Shown here in pieces: positions 22,070 to 31,583 of a DNA stretch of 64,000 nucleotides (the stretch's first letter is position 1; the number at the start of each line of letters is the position of its first letter). The stretch is taken from positions 3,328,001-3,392,000 of the forward strand of contig OY762209.1 of the NCBI GenBank assembly GCA_963665295.1, read 5' to 3'. The notes under the pieces were generated by a model. That model did no database searches. It was given only the letters and a program-made list of their open reading frames with translations, and was not told the origin of the DNA. This DNA is from Syntrophorhabdaceae bacterium. GTDB taxonomy: Bacteria; Desulfobacterota; Syntrophorhabdia; Syntrophorhabdales; Syntrophorhabdaceae. The position numbers and the translations under genes were made by a program.

Positions 22070-22135
22070 TTGACAGTAATGGAAGGGGAAAGTAGGATAG
22101 ATATGATATACAGAAAACGGTTGTGTAGACAAAAC
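22070..22135 (+). promoter_or_regulatory. sigma70 promoter of the IclR gene with downstream tandem operator
   Basis: TTGACA (22070-75), 17 nt, TAGGAT (22093-98); then ATGATATACAGAAAAC GGTTGTGTAGACAAAAC. Confidence 0.6.
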
Positions 22136-22161
22136 ACAACGGCGGGGTCACGGGCAGAGAA

Positions 22162-22980
22162 ATGATTGATGAGGATAAGAAAAAGGTTGAGTACACGTCA
22201 CTGGTCCCTGCCGTGGATCAGGCGTCAAGGATTCTCATCTGCCTGGCAAAGACACCGTCCTTCAAAATGAATCTCACGGACATCTGCAAGAATGTGGGCA
22301 TACACAAAAGCAAGGGGTATGCAATCCTGAAGACCCTTTTGAATTTCAAGTTTGTGGAGAGGGACGATGAAGGGAAAACCTACACTCTGGGGCCCGGTCT
22401 GATCTCCCTGTCGCGAAGGGTTCTTGACAATCTGGAGTACAGGGACAAAGCAGGACCATTTCTGGAAAGACTGGCCCGACAGACGAATGCAACCGCCACC
22501 TTCGGCATAATAAACGCAAGAAATTTCATTGTCATAGCAAAGCGCGAAGGGAGCAGGGAAGTCTTTTTGACCATAAGGGTGGGATACCGGCTCAGCATCA
22601 CCCATGGGGCGGTGGGGAAAGCCATCGTCTCATTTCTGCCGGAAGACGAACGTGAAGAGATATTGAAGCAGGAGCGTTTGCTCTTTCACGGAGATCCGTC
22701 GCGACTGGACCGCGGCAGACTGACGGCTGAGTTCGAGCGGTGCCGGAAGATAGGATACGCGACGGACCTGGGGGAGATGTTTCCCGGTCTCAACGCCATT
22801 GCCGCACCGGTTTTTGATCACGAGGGAAGACCTACGGGGGCATTGCTCGTCACCGGGGTCTTCCCCAAATCTTTGGCCCATGAGTATGGCTCGAGGATAG
22901 CCGCGTGTGCGAGGGATTTTTCGGTCACCCTCGGGGCGGACGTTGATGAAATTTACAGGATAGACAAGCACAAGGATTAA
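22162..22980 (+). CDS. IclR family transcriptional regulator
   Basis: VPAVDQA..IL HTH, Y.LGPGL, GAVGKA, GYA.D..E...G..AIAAPVFD. Confidence 0.93.
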   Translation: MIDEDKKKVEYTSLVPAVDQASRILICLAKTPSFKMNLTDICKNVGIHKSKGYAILKTLLNFKFVERDDEGKTYTLGPGLISLSRRVLDNLEYRDKAGPFLERLARQTNATATFGIINARNFIVIAKREGSREVFLTIRVGYRLSITHGAVGKAIVSFLPEDEREEILKQERLLFHGDPSRLDRGRLTAEFERCRKIGYATDLGEMFPGLNAIAAPVFDHEGRPTGALLVTGVFPKSLAHEYGSRIAACARDFSVTLGADVDEIYRIDKHKD

Positions 22981-23143
22981 GAAATAAAGGGGGCCGTCCT
23001 CATTGATGCCTTGAAGCGGCGCAATCGGTTGAGTGCGCCGTGCGTTGATATGGGGTCGGTATGAAGGAAATGAGTTTCCTTCTGATTTCCTATTATTGCA
23101 CGCGGAGCTTCATGGCTTCGCGAAATAAAAGGGGGTATAGAGC

Positions 23144-24727
23144 ATGAGCGATGTGAATATCCATATAGGCGAAATACTGGCCAGAAACGCCAGAATGTAT
23201 CCCGATGATATTGCCCTTATAGAAAGAGTGCCCGCCGAGAAGAAGAGAACCACCATCACGTGGCACGAATTCGACGTGAAGGTAAACCAGTTTGCAAATG
23301 TTCTCATTTCCAAGGGTATAAAAAAAGGTGACAAGGTCATGCACCTCATGAACAACTCCATTGACTGGCTCATTGCCTACTTTGGCGTGGTTCGCACAGG
23401 CGCGTGGATTGTGCCGCTTAACTTCCGTTTTACGAGTTCAGATATTAAATACTGTGCCGACGTGGCTGAACCCGACATCGTGGTGTTCGGCGAGGAATTT
23501 ACGGACAGGATAGAGCCCATAAAAGGCCAGTTGTCGACTGCCCGGGGCTTTATTTGCGTGGGGAAGGAGATTCCTGCCTTCGCTGAGTCCTTTGCCGCGC
23601 TCCTTGAGGGGGCACCCATCGATCAGCCGAAGGTTGACATCTTTTTCAGCGACCCCTGCGGACTCTATTTTACGTCCGGCACCACGGGTCAGCCAAAACC
23701 GATCCTTCTCACTCATTTGAACATGCAGAATGCGTGTATCACCGAAAATATGCACCACTACCAGACGAAGAAGGACCTGTTTATCCTTATGCCGCCCCTC
23801 TATCATACAGGGGCGAAGATGCACTGGTTCGGCAGTTTCATCGTAGGCGGACCGGCTGTGATACTCAAGGGCGTCTCTCCGGAGTGGACCCTGGAGGCGG
23901 TCAGCGAAGAGGGGGGCACGATTGTATGGCTCCTCGTTCCGTGGGCGCAGGATATACTGCTGAAACTGGACAGCGGCGAATTAAAACTGTCCGACTACAA
24001 CCTGTCTCAGTGGCGGCTTATGCACATAGGCGCCCAACCGGTGCCGCCGTCACTCATAAAGCACTGGAAGAAGTATTTCCCTGATATGCAATACGACACC
24101 ACGTATGGTTTGAGCGAATCCACCGGGCCGAACACGGTGCACCTGGGTATCGAAAATACCCATAAAGTCGGTGCGATCGGGCGTCCGGGTTTTAACTGGG
24201 AAACGCGGATTGTAGATGAAACCGGAAAGGATGTCGCTCCAGGGCAGTCCGGTGAGCTTATTGTCCGCGGCAACGGCGTGATGCGGGAGTATTACAAGAA
24301 CCCGGAAGCCACGGCGCGGGCCCTGATCGACGGTTGGCTTTACACCGGCGACATGGTGAGGCAGGACGAGGACGGGTTCATCTTCATTGTAGACCGGAAG
24401 AAGGACGTCATCATCTCGGGCGGGGAGAATGTTTTCCCTGTTGAAGTTGAAGATTATCTTCACGCGAACCCGGCGGTCAAGGATGTGGCCGCTATCGGCG
24501 TTCCGGACGAGCGACTCGGCGAGATCGTCGCAGTCGTGATTGACGTGGTGCCCGGCAAGACCTTGTCCGAACAGGAAGTGCTCGACTTTTGTCAGAAACT
24601 TCCGAAATACAAGAGGCCGCGCAAGGTCTTTTTTGGCGAGGTCCCGCGGAACCCTACGGGGAAAATAGAAAAAGTGAAACTCAGGAAACAATATATAGGC
24701 ATGGCCGAAGCGTTCACAATTAAGTGA
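23144..24727 (+). CDS. Acyl/aryl-CoA ligase (AMP-binding)
   Basis: FTSGTTGQPK, YGLSE, YTGD, DRKKDVIISGGENV, PRNPTGKI. Confidence 0.92.
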   Translation: MSDVNIHIGEILARNARMYPDDIALIERVPAEKKRTTITWHEFDVKVNQFANVLISKGIKKGDKVMHLMNNSIDWLIAYFGVVRTGAWIVPLNFRFTSSDIKYCADVAEPDIVVFGEEFTDRIEPIKGQLSTARGFICVGKEIPAFAESFAALLEGAPIDQPKVDIFFSDPCGLYFTSGTTGQPKPILLTHLNMQNACITENMHHYQTKKDLFILMPPLYHTGAKMHWFGSFIVGGPAVILKGVSPEWTLEAVSEEGGTIVWLLVPWAQDILLKLDSGELKLSDYNLSQWRLMHIGAQPVPPSLIKHWKKYFPDMQYDTTYGLSESTGPNTVHLGIENTHKVGAIGRPGFNWETRIVDETGKDVAPGQSGELIVRGNGVMREYYKNPEATARALIDGWLYTGDMVRQDEDGFIFIVDRKKDVIISGGENVFPVEVEDYLHANPAVKDVAAIGVPDERLGEIVAVVIDVVPGKTLSEQEVLDFCQKLPKYKRPRKVFFGEVPRNPTGKIEKVKLRKQYIGMAEAFTIK

Positions 24728-24852
24728 GTGGGAGGAAATATGCCCGTATGTTTTGTATACGGTAGGTTTTTCCTTGAGGTTGGACGAACCTTCTGGTTTA
24801 ATACATATGGGAGTATTTTGCAGCAACACAATAATATATTTTAGGGGGCGTT

Positions 24853-25872
24853 ATGAACAAAAAAGCAGCATTGGTATCGGTTCTAAGTGTCTTGGTTCTG
24901 TTCTTCTGCGTTGCCGTTTTTCCTACGGTTTCGTCGGCACAGAAGGCGATCGCGCTCAACTACTCAAACTTCTTCCCTGCTCCACACAAAGTAAGCATTA
25001 CATCCGAGCAGTGGTGCAAGGAGATAGAGAAGAGAACGAACGGTAAGGTAAAGTTCGCCTATTTCCCCGGCGGTACGCTTACCCCGGCAGCACAGACCTA
25101 TGACAACGTAGTAAAAGGGATTGCAGACGTCGGTTTCAGTGCCCTTGCATACACAAGGGGCAAATTCCCGCTTATGGAAGCTATAGACCTTCCACTGGGA
25201 TACAGGAGCGGCACACAGGCAACAAACCTGATCAACGCATTCTATTCAAAATTCAAACCGAAAGAACTTGACGACGTAAAGGTCCTTTATTTCAGTGCTC
25301 ATGGACCCGGCATCGTCCACTCCAAGAAGGCAATAGCAAAACTTGAAGACATGAAGGGTAAGAAGATACGGGCCACCGGCCTTGCCGCAAAGATAGTGGC
25401 AGCCCTCGGGGCAGCCCCTGTGGGCGCCACCATGCCTGAGACCTATGATGCGCTCCGCACGGGCGTTGTCGATGGTTCAATGGCTCCGTATGAAGCATTG
25501 AAGGGTTGGAAATGGGGCGAGGTCGTGAATTTCACGACCCAGGATTACGGCGCAGCATACACCACCGGTTTCTTCGTCGTCATGAACAAGGCAAAATGGA
25601 ACAGCCTTCCTCCCGATGTCCAGAAGGTATTCGACGAGGTAAGCAAAGAATGGATCGTGAGACAGGGTAAGGTATGGGATGAGATCGATAAGGAAGGACA
25701 TGAGTTTGCCAAGTCCAAGGGAATGAAGGACATTGCTCTTTCAAAAGAGGAAGATGCACGTTGGGCCGCAAAAGTAAGACCTCTCCTGGACGACTATGTA
25801 AAGTCGGCGAAAGGGAAGGGGCTTCCGGGCGACGAAGCATTGAAGTTCTGCCTCGATTTCCTGAAGCACTAG
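24853..25872 (+). CDS. dctP: TRAP transporter substrate-binding protein DctP
   Basis: Signal peptide, IEKRTNGKV, YPGG-like, DMKGKKIR, ETYDALRTGVVDG, MNKAKWNSLP. Confidence 0.9.
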   Translation: MNKKAALVSVLSVLVLFFCVAVFPTVSSAQKAIALNYSNFFPAPHKVSITSEQWCKEIEKRTNGKVKFAYFPGGTLTPAAQTYDNVVKGIADVGFSALAYTRGKFPLMEAIDLPLGYRSGTQATNLINAFYSKFKPKELDDVKVLYFSAHGPGIVHSKKAIAKLEDMKGKKIRATGLAAKIVAALGAAPVGATMPETYDALRTGVVDGSMAPYEALKGWKWGEVVNFTTQDYGAAYTTGFFVVMNKAKWNSLPPDVQKVFDEVSKEWIVRQGKVWDEIDKEGHEFAKSKGMKDIALSKEEDARWAAKVRPLLDDYVKSAKGKGLPGDEALKFCLDFLKH

Positions 25873-25940
25873 AAGATATGTTCGACCGGCTGCGCGGGTG
25901 AACCGGGCACAAGGCCTGTCGGAAGATTTGGTGAGTCGGC

Positions 25941-25978
25941 GGAGGGTCCATCGCTTCAGATGGACCCTCCCTTTTTTT
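25941..25978 (+). terminator. Rho-independent terminator after dctP
   Basis: GGAGGGTCCATC-gcttca-GATGGACCCTCC followed by a T run. Confidence 0.8.
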
Positions 25979-26149
25979 GTGTGGAAAGACCGGCGCCGGC
26001 AACAAAAGCGGTTTTTGCGAAAGAAGGGTGTCATAATTTGCCCGGACTTCCGCTCTTAAATGTTCATGGAATTATCACCAGGTGTTGAGGTTATCCCTTC
26101 CCTTTCTGAAAACTGATCATGTACCGCGATTGTATCGGCTTCCCTGTTG

Positions 26150-26330
26150 AGAAGAACGGTGAAGAGGCCCTCTTACGTCGATCCCGGAATGAAGGCCATC
26201 CTTTTGGCAGGGTACGAAGCGGAGCGTGTGGTGAAGGAAAGTGCCTGGACTACGGGTCCCCGGAACTGTAGTAGAACCTTACACCATTCAGGAAGTCGAA
26301 GGAATACTGAAACCGTGATAAGAAGTTGAC
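26150..26330 (+). pseudogene. Degenerate response-regulator receiver-domain remnant
   Basis: Fragments in shifting frames: DPGMKAILLAGY..., CLDYG, EPYTIQEVEGILK, resembling the C-terminal half of a REC domain. Confidence 0.45.
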
Positions 26331-26364
26331 ATCTTCTACCCCGCGTGGTTACAATAGGCAAGAG

Positions 26365-26510
26365 CAGTTCTCAGGGCGGGGTGAGATTCCCCACCGGCGG
26401 TGATTTCGCGATAGCGCGAATAAGCCCGCGAGCGCCTGTTTAAGCGAACAGGGTCAGCAGACCCGGTGAGATTCCGGGGCCGACGGTAATAGTCCGGATG
26501 GGAGAGAACC
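26365..26510 (+). ncRNA. FMN riboswitch (RFN element)
   Basis: TCAGGGCGGGGTGAGATTCCCCACCGGCGG...AGCCCGCGAGCG...GCAGACCCGGTGAGATTCCGGGGCCGACGGTAATAGTCCGGATGGGAGAGAA; upstream of ribB; TTGACA/TACAAT promoter at 26326-26355; downstream AGCCCTGA complementary to the 5' stem. Confidence 0.97.
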
Positions 26511-26690
26511 ATAATATCCGTTTTATTCGATATGGCGGTTTCGATTTCTTTCTTTTTCTCTGTAAGCCCTGACGATAATTAAATTTGCTGCCGGTACCGG
26601 TTCGCCGTATGGAGCGGGTTACAGGAGAGTGCGTTTCCCCGCCCGTGAGTGATGGCATGAAGGTAACCGGCGCGCAGAAAAGGAGTCTCC

Positions 26691-27344
26691 ATGAATCAAT
26701 CGATGCTGTCACAATTCGGTGAATCAAAGGAACGCGTGGAAAGGGCTTTGGCCGCCCTGAGGAAAGGCAATGGGGTCCTGATCGTCGATGACGAGGACCG
26801 AGAGAATGAAGGGGATATCATCTATCCGGCGGAGACCATTACCGTGCCCCAAATGGCCTTGCTTATCAGGGAGTGCAGCGGGATTGTCTGCCTTTGCCTC
26901 ACGGACGAGAAGATCCGCGAACTGGGCTTGCCTGCAATGACGGATCACAATACAAACAGACATGAAACGGCCTTCACTGTCTCTATCGAGGCCCGGGAAG
27001 GGGTGACGACGGGAGTCTCCGCTTCCGACCGGGTTCAGACCATTCGCGCCGCCATACGAGAGGGGAGCGGTCCGGAAGACCTTTGTTGCCCGGGCCACGT
27101 ATTTCCGCTACGCGCCCGGCCGGGCGGAGTACTGTCCCGGCGCGGCCACACAGAGGGGACTGTCGATCTCATGCGTCTTGCGGGGTATACTCCCGCCGGA
27201 GTTCTCTGCGAGTTGACAAACCCCGACGGGACAATGGCCCGTCTGACAGAGGTGGTTCGTTTTGCGGCGACCCACGATATGACTGTCCTGACCATTGAGG
27301 ATATTGCCCGGTACAGGATGGGCGCCCTTGACAGAACAGGGTGA
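26691..27344 (+). CDS. ribB: 3,4-dihydroxy-2-butanone-4-phosphate synthase
   Basis: [40 protein letters not shown]. Confidence 0.97.
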   Translation: MNQSMLSQFGESKERVERALAALRKGNGVLIVDDEDRENEGDIIYPAETITVPQMALLIRECSGIVCLCLTDEKIRELGLPAMTDHNTNRHETAFTVSIEAREGVTTGVSASDRVQTIRAAIREGSGPEDLCCPGHVFPLRARPGGVLSRRGHTEGTVDLMRLAGYTPAGVLCELTNPDGTMARLTEVVRFAATHDMTVLTIEDIARYRMGALDRTG

Positions 27345-27760
27345 GTCTACCGGCATGTTTGAAGCGTTGAACCGGACGATAACCGGAGGCTGGATTCACG
27401 GCGGTGCGATCCTCAGTATCGTGCTTGCGGTTACCGCTACAGTATAAGGACGTCTGAGAGCGAGTCTTACAATCCACATGATAGAGGTCCGTTTTTAATC
27501 CCAGGGCCTGCCGGAAAAGAGGTTTTGCCTGCCGCCGGGGGTCGTAATCAAACCTAATCCTCTCTCCGGGAGACGTCAAGACTGCGGTCGTGGCGGGATT
27601 TTCGGCAAGCAAAATCTGTCATGTCCCGCAAGGCAGAAAGGAGTGATACTGGTTTTAAGGGACCACCCTGTAGTATAATTAGGGGTCAACCACGGCTAAA
27701 GTCCCGTGGAACAGAACGGGAATGCCTGTTGTATCTCCGGCCCCCAAGGAGTATTGACTA

Positions 27761-29143
27761 ATGAACGATCATCAATCATTCACCTTTGAAAAGGATTCCC
27801 TGCGCATTCTGGCCTCCGCTCTGGGGAGGCTCGAAGCAGGCTTTACGGAATTGCCGCCGGTAGACAAGGTATTGGCGGATACCGCGTCAATGGAAAAGGT
27901 CCTGTCTGAAGTTGCGGACCGGCTTCACGACAACTATCCGTATTTTCATCCCCTTTATGCAGGCCAGATGCTTAAACCGCCTCATCCGGTGGCCCGGACG
28001 GCCTATGCCCTTGCCATGTGGATAAATCCCAATAATCACGCCCTCGATGGAGGCAAGGCCAGCTCCCGGATGGAAAAAGAGGCGACTGCGGAAATCGCCC
28101 GTATGTTCGGTTGGGAGACTCACCTGGGCCACCTTACGAGCGCGGGAACGACTGCGAACCTGGAGGCATTGTGGGCCGCGGGGCAGCTCAATCCCGGCTC
28201 CGTGGTTGTGGCCTCCGAACAGGCTCATTACACTCATCAACGTATCAGCGGCGTATTGAAACTCGATTTTGAATCGATCCCATGTGACCGTCGGAGCAGG
28301 CTCGATGTGGAGGCACTGGAACAGCGTCTCCGGAAAGGCGGCGTGGGGACTGTGGTTGCGACTATGGGAACCACTGCCACAGGCGCTGTCGACCCCCTGC
28401 CCGAACTTCTTGCATTGCGGGAACGCTACGGGTTCAGGCTTCACGCCGACGCGGCGTATGGGGGATACTTCCTGCTGGCCGATAATCTCGACCCGTCAAC
28501 ACGGGCGAGTTACGAACGAATGAATGAGGTTGATTCTATCGTAATCGATCCCCACAAACATGGTCTCCAACCTTATGGATGCGGATGCGTGCTTTTTCGC
28601 GATCCTTCCGTGGGACGGTTCTATAAACACGATTCCCCTTACACCTATTTCAGTTCCAGGGAACTCCACCTGGGCGAGATCAGTCTCGAATGCTCCCGGC
28701 CCGGCGCTGCAGCAGTGGCGCTTTGGGCGACCCAGCGGTTGCTGCCCCTGGTGAAGGGCGGGGAATTCGCCGGAAGGTTGGAAAAATCGCGTGCCGCCGC
28801 CCTCGCACTTCATGAGAGGCTGTCAGCGGACAAGAGGGTCGTGACATCGTTCCGGCCGGAACTGGACATTATTGCCTGGTCGCCCCGGGCAAGGCGGATA
28901 AGTGAGTCGTCGGAGATGGCAAGGGCCATCTTTTCCGGGGCTGAAAAGCGTCATCTCTTTCTCGCCCTCGCTGAATTGCCCGTTGATTTCTTCGATTTTG
29001 CAAGGGCGGGCGTGGAGCGCGACAGGGACACGGTCACGTGTCTGAGGTCCGTACTTATGAAACCCGAGCATCTTGAATGGGTCGACCGCATATGGGAGAT
29101 CCTCGATGCGGCGACGGATGAGGCGATGGAGTCAATCGGGTAA
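27761..29143 (+). CDS. Group II PLP-dependent amino acid decarboxylase
   Basis: GT.ANL.AL, AHYT, MGTT.TGAVD, HADAAYGG, SIVIDPHK, LECSR. Confidence 0.88.
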   Translation: MNDHQSFTFEKDSLRILASALGRLEAGFTELPPVDKVLADTASMEKVLSEVADRLHDNYPYFHPLYAGQMLKPPHPVARTAYALAMWINPNNHALDGGKASSRMEKEATAEIARMFGWETHLGHLTSAGTTANLEALWAAGQLNPGSVVVASEQAHYTHQRISGVLKLDFESIPCDRRSRLDVEALEQRLRKGGVGTVVATMGTTATGAVDPLPELLALRERYGFRLHADAAYGGYFLLADNLDPSTRASYERMNEVDSIVIDPHKHGLQPYGCGCVLFRDPSVGRFYKHDSPYTYFSSRELHLGEISLECSRPGAAAVALWATQRLLPLVKGGEFAGRLEKSRAAALALHERLSADKRVVTSFRPELDIIAWSPRARRISESSEMARAIFSGAEKRHLFLALAELPVDFFDFARAGVERDRDTVTCLRSVLMKPEHLEWVDRIWEILDAATDEAMESIG

Positions 29144-29219
29144 GGTCGAATAATGCGGGGAAACAGGTAGGCGGACACCGGATTCCGGCGAAATATCCCG
29201 GTCCGACAGGAGCTTTTGT

Positions 29220-29552
29220 ATGAAAACCGTGGCGTTGCTCACAATTTCGAATGTCTTTATGACTATGGCGTGGTACGGTCACCTGAAATTCAAGGAGACG
29301 GCGCTCTGGAAGGTGATCCTTTTCAGTTGGTTGATAGCTTTTGTGGAGTATTGTTTCCAGGTGCCCGCAAACCGCCTGGGACATCACCATTTCTCAGCGG
29401 CGCAACTGAAGATAATCCAGGAAGTGATTACCCTGGTGGTATTTGCCGTCTTTTCGGTGGTCTATCTCAAGGAAGGCCTCAAATGGAATTACCTGGTTTC
29501 CTTCATGATGATTATCGGGGCGGTCTTTTTTATGTTCAAGGAATGGGGATAA
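29220..29552 (+). CDS. DMT family small membrane protein (DUF486)
   Basis: SNVFMT.AWYGHLK, EYCFQVPANR, QLKIIQEVITL. Confidence 0.88.
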   Translation: MKTVALLTISNVFMTMAWYGHLKFKETALWKVILFSWLIAFVEYCFQVPANRLGHHHFSAAQLKIIQEVITLVVFAVFSVVYLKEGLKWNYLVSFMMIIGAVFFMFKEWG

Positions 29553-29616
29553 GGGTTCCTTCCCCCTGAGTATTCTGCATACCGGAACGCCGGAAAAATA
29601 TCGTAAAAAGGTTGAT

Positions 29617-31527
29617 ATGGGATTAATATGGGTCAATGAGGTTTCAATAAGCTTCGGAGGGGCGCCGCTTCTCGATGCGGTCTCTCTTCAGATTGAAGCA
29701 GGCGAAAGGATCGGCCTCCTCGGCCGGAACGGTTCCGGCAAATCCACCCTGATGAAGATGCTCGCCGGTCAGTTAGTCCCGGATGGGGGCGCAATTATCA
29801 AGGGCGGCGATGTGAGGATTGCCTATCTGCCCCAGGACGTTCCGGACGATCTGGAGGGAACCGTTTACAGTGTGGTGGCTTCGGGCGGCGGCCAATACGT
29901 GGAGCTCCTCCGGGAGTATCACGAACTCACCTTTGATATTTCGAGGGGCCATGACAACGGCCTTCTCAAGAAACTCGAACAAGTCCAGCACCGGATAGAA
30001 GCATCGGGGGCATGGCGTTTTCACCAGCGGGTGGAGGCGGCCATGGCCCGGACGGAACTGGACGAAAACGAGGAGTTCCGGTATCTTTCAGCGGGTCTCA
30101 AGCGCCGGGTCTTCCTCGCCCGGGCTCTTGCCATGGACCCTGACCTTCTTCTGCTCGACGAGCCGACCAACCACCTCGACATCAGTACCATCCTCTGGCT
30201 TGAGGATTTCCTTCTGAAATATGAGAAGACCCTCATGTTTGTCACCCATGACCGGGCGTTCCTCCAGCGGCTGGCAACACGGATTGTGGAAATCGACCGG
30301 GGCCGCCTCACATCTTTTGCCTGTGATTACGGTTCCTACCTGGAGCGTCGACAGGCCCTCCTCGAGGCGGAAGAGAAGCAGTGGCACGAGTTCGACAGAA
30401 AGCTGGCTAAGGAAGAGGTCTGGATCAGAAAGGGAATACGCGCTCGCCGTACCCGGAATGAGGGGAGAGTGAGGGCCCTTCTCGACATGCGCCGGGAGAG
30501 GGCGAAAAGGCAGGAGCAGGCAGCGGTCTCGCGGCTCGTGATTCAGGAGGCTGAACGTGGCGGCCGGATGGTGGTGGATGCGACAAAGATACACTTTTCG
30601 TGGGATGCGTTGAGGGTCGTACAAGATTTTTCCACAACCATCATCCGTGGTGACAAAGTGGGCATCATCGGCCCCAACGGTTGCGGAAAAACTACGTTGC
30701 TCAAGCTTCTTCTCGGAGACCTTGAACCTCATGAGGGGAGCATCCGCCTTGGCACCGGCATCAAAATAGCCTATTTCGACCAACTCCGGGCACAGCTCGA
30801 TGAAAGCAAGACCTTGAGAGAGAACGTGGCCGACGGTAACGATACTGTCAATGCGGGCGGCGCATCGCGCCACGTGGTAGGGTATCTTCAGGATTTTCTC
30901 TTCACACCGGAGCGCATCATGTCACCCGTAAGCTCCCTTTCGGGCGGGGAACGGAACCGCCTGCTTCTCGCGAAACTCTTCGCAATCCCGTCTAATGTAC
31001 TCGTCCTGGATGAGCCCACCAACGACCTTGACGCGGAGACCCTCGAACTGCTGGAGGACAGGCTCCTCGACTATGGCGGCACCATCCTCATGGTCAGTCA
31101 CGACCGTGAGTTTCTCAATAATGTGGTTACCTCCACGATTGTTTTCGAGGGCGACGGCCGGCTGCAGGAATATGTGGGCGGCTATGACGATTGGCTGAGG
31201 CAGAGCGTGTTTCCCGTCGAGGCGGTCACGACGCGGAGGGAGCAGAAGCAGAAGAAGGAAAGGGCCCCCAGGGAAAAACAGAAGTTGTCCTACAAGGAGA
31301 ACCGGGAACTGGAAGAACTGCCGCAGGCCATTGAGGCCATGGAGGAGGAGAAGCAACTCCTTGCTGCGACCCTGAGCTCGCCTGAATTCTATGCGAGCCG
31401 GGACATGGCAAAGATAAACGATGCCAACTCCCGGCTGAAAGCGCTGGACGAGGAACTCGATCAGGCGTACCGCCGCTGGGACGAACTGGAGGATATGGCC
31501 CGGAGATTCAGCGCAGAGCCGAAGTAA
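29617..31527 (+). CDS. uup: ABC-F ATPase, Uup-like
   Basis: Two ABC domains (GRNGSGKST, GPNGCGKTT), IRARRTRNEGR linker, C-terminal KLSYKE coiled coil. Confidence 0.9.
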   Translation: MGLIWVNEVSISFGGAPLLDAVSLQIEAGERIGLLGRNGSGKSTLMKMLAGQLVPDGGAIIKGGDVRIAYLPQDVPDDLEGTVYSVVASGGGQYVELLREYHELTFDISRGHDNGLLKKLEQVQHRIEASGAWRFHQRVEAAMARTELDENEEFRYLSAGLKRRVFLARALAMDPDLLLLDEPTNHLDISTILWLEDFLLKYEKTLMFVTHDRAFLQRLATRIVEIDRGRLTSFACDYGSYLERRQALLEAEEKQWHEFDRKLAKEEVWIRKGIRARRTRNEGRVRALLDMRRERAKRQEQAAVSRLVIQEAERGGRMVVDATKIHFSWDALRVVQDFSTTIIRGDKVGIIGPNGCGKTTLLKLLLGDLEPHEGSIRLGTGIKIAYFDQLRAQLDESKTLRENVADGNDTVNAGGASRHVVGYLQDFLFTPERIMSPVSSLSGGERNRLLLAKLFAIPSNVLVLDEPTNDLDAETLELLEDRLLDYGGTILMVSHDREFLNNVVTSTIVFEGDGRLQEYVGGYDDWLRQSVFPVEAVTTRREQKQKKERAPREKQKLSYKENRELEELPQAIEAMEEEKQLLAATLSSPEFYASRDMAKINDANSRLKALDEELDQAYRRWDELEDMARRFSAEPK

Positions 31528-31583
31528 AGACGCGCCGCGCCGACAGGCGCGTGTCCCTTGCGCCTGATTGCCCGGAGGGCCTG

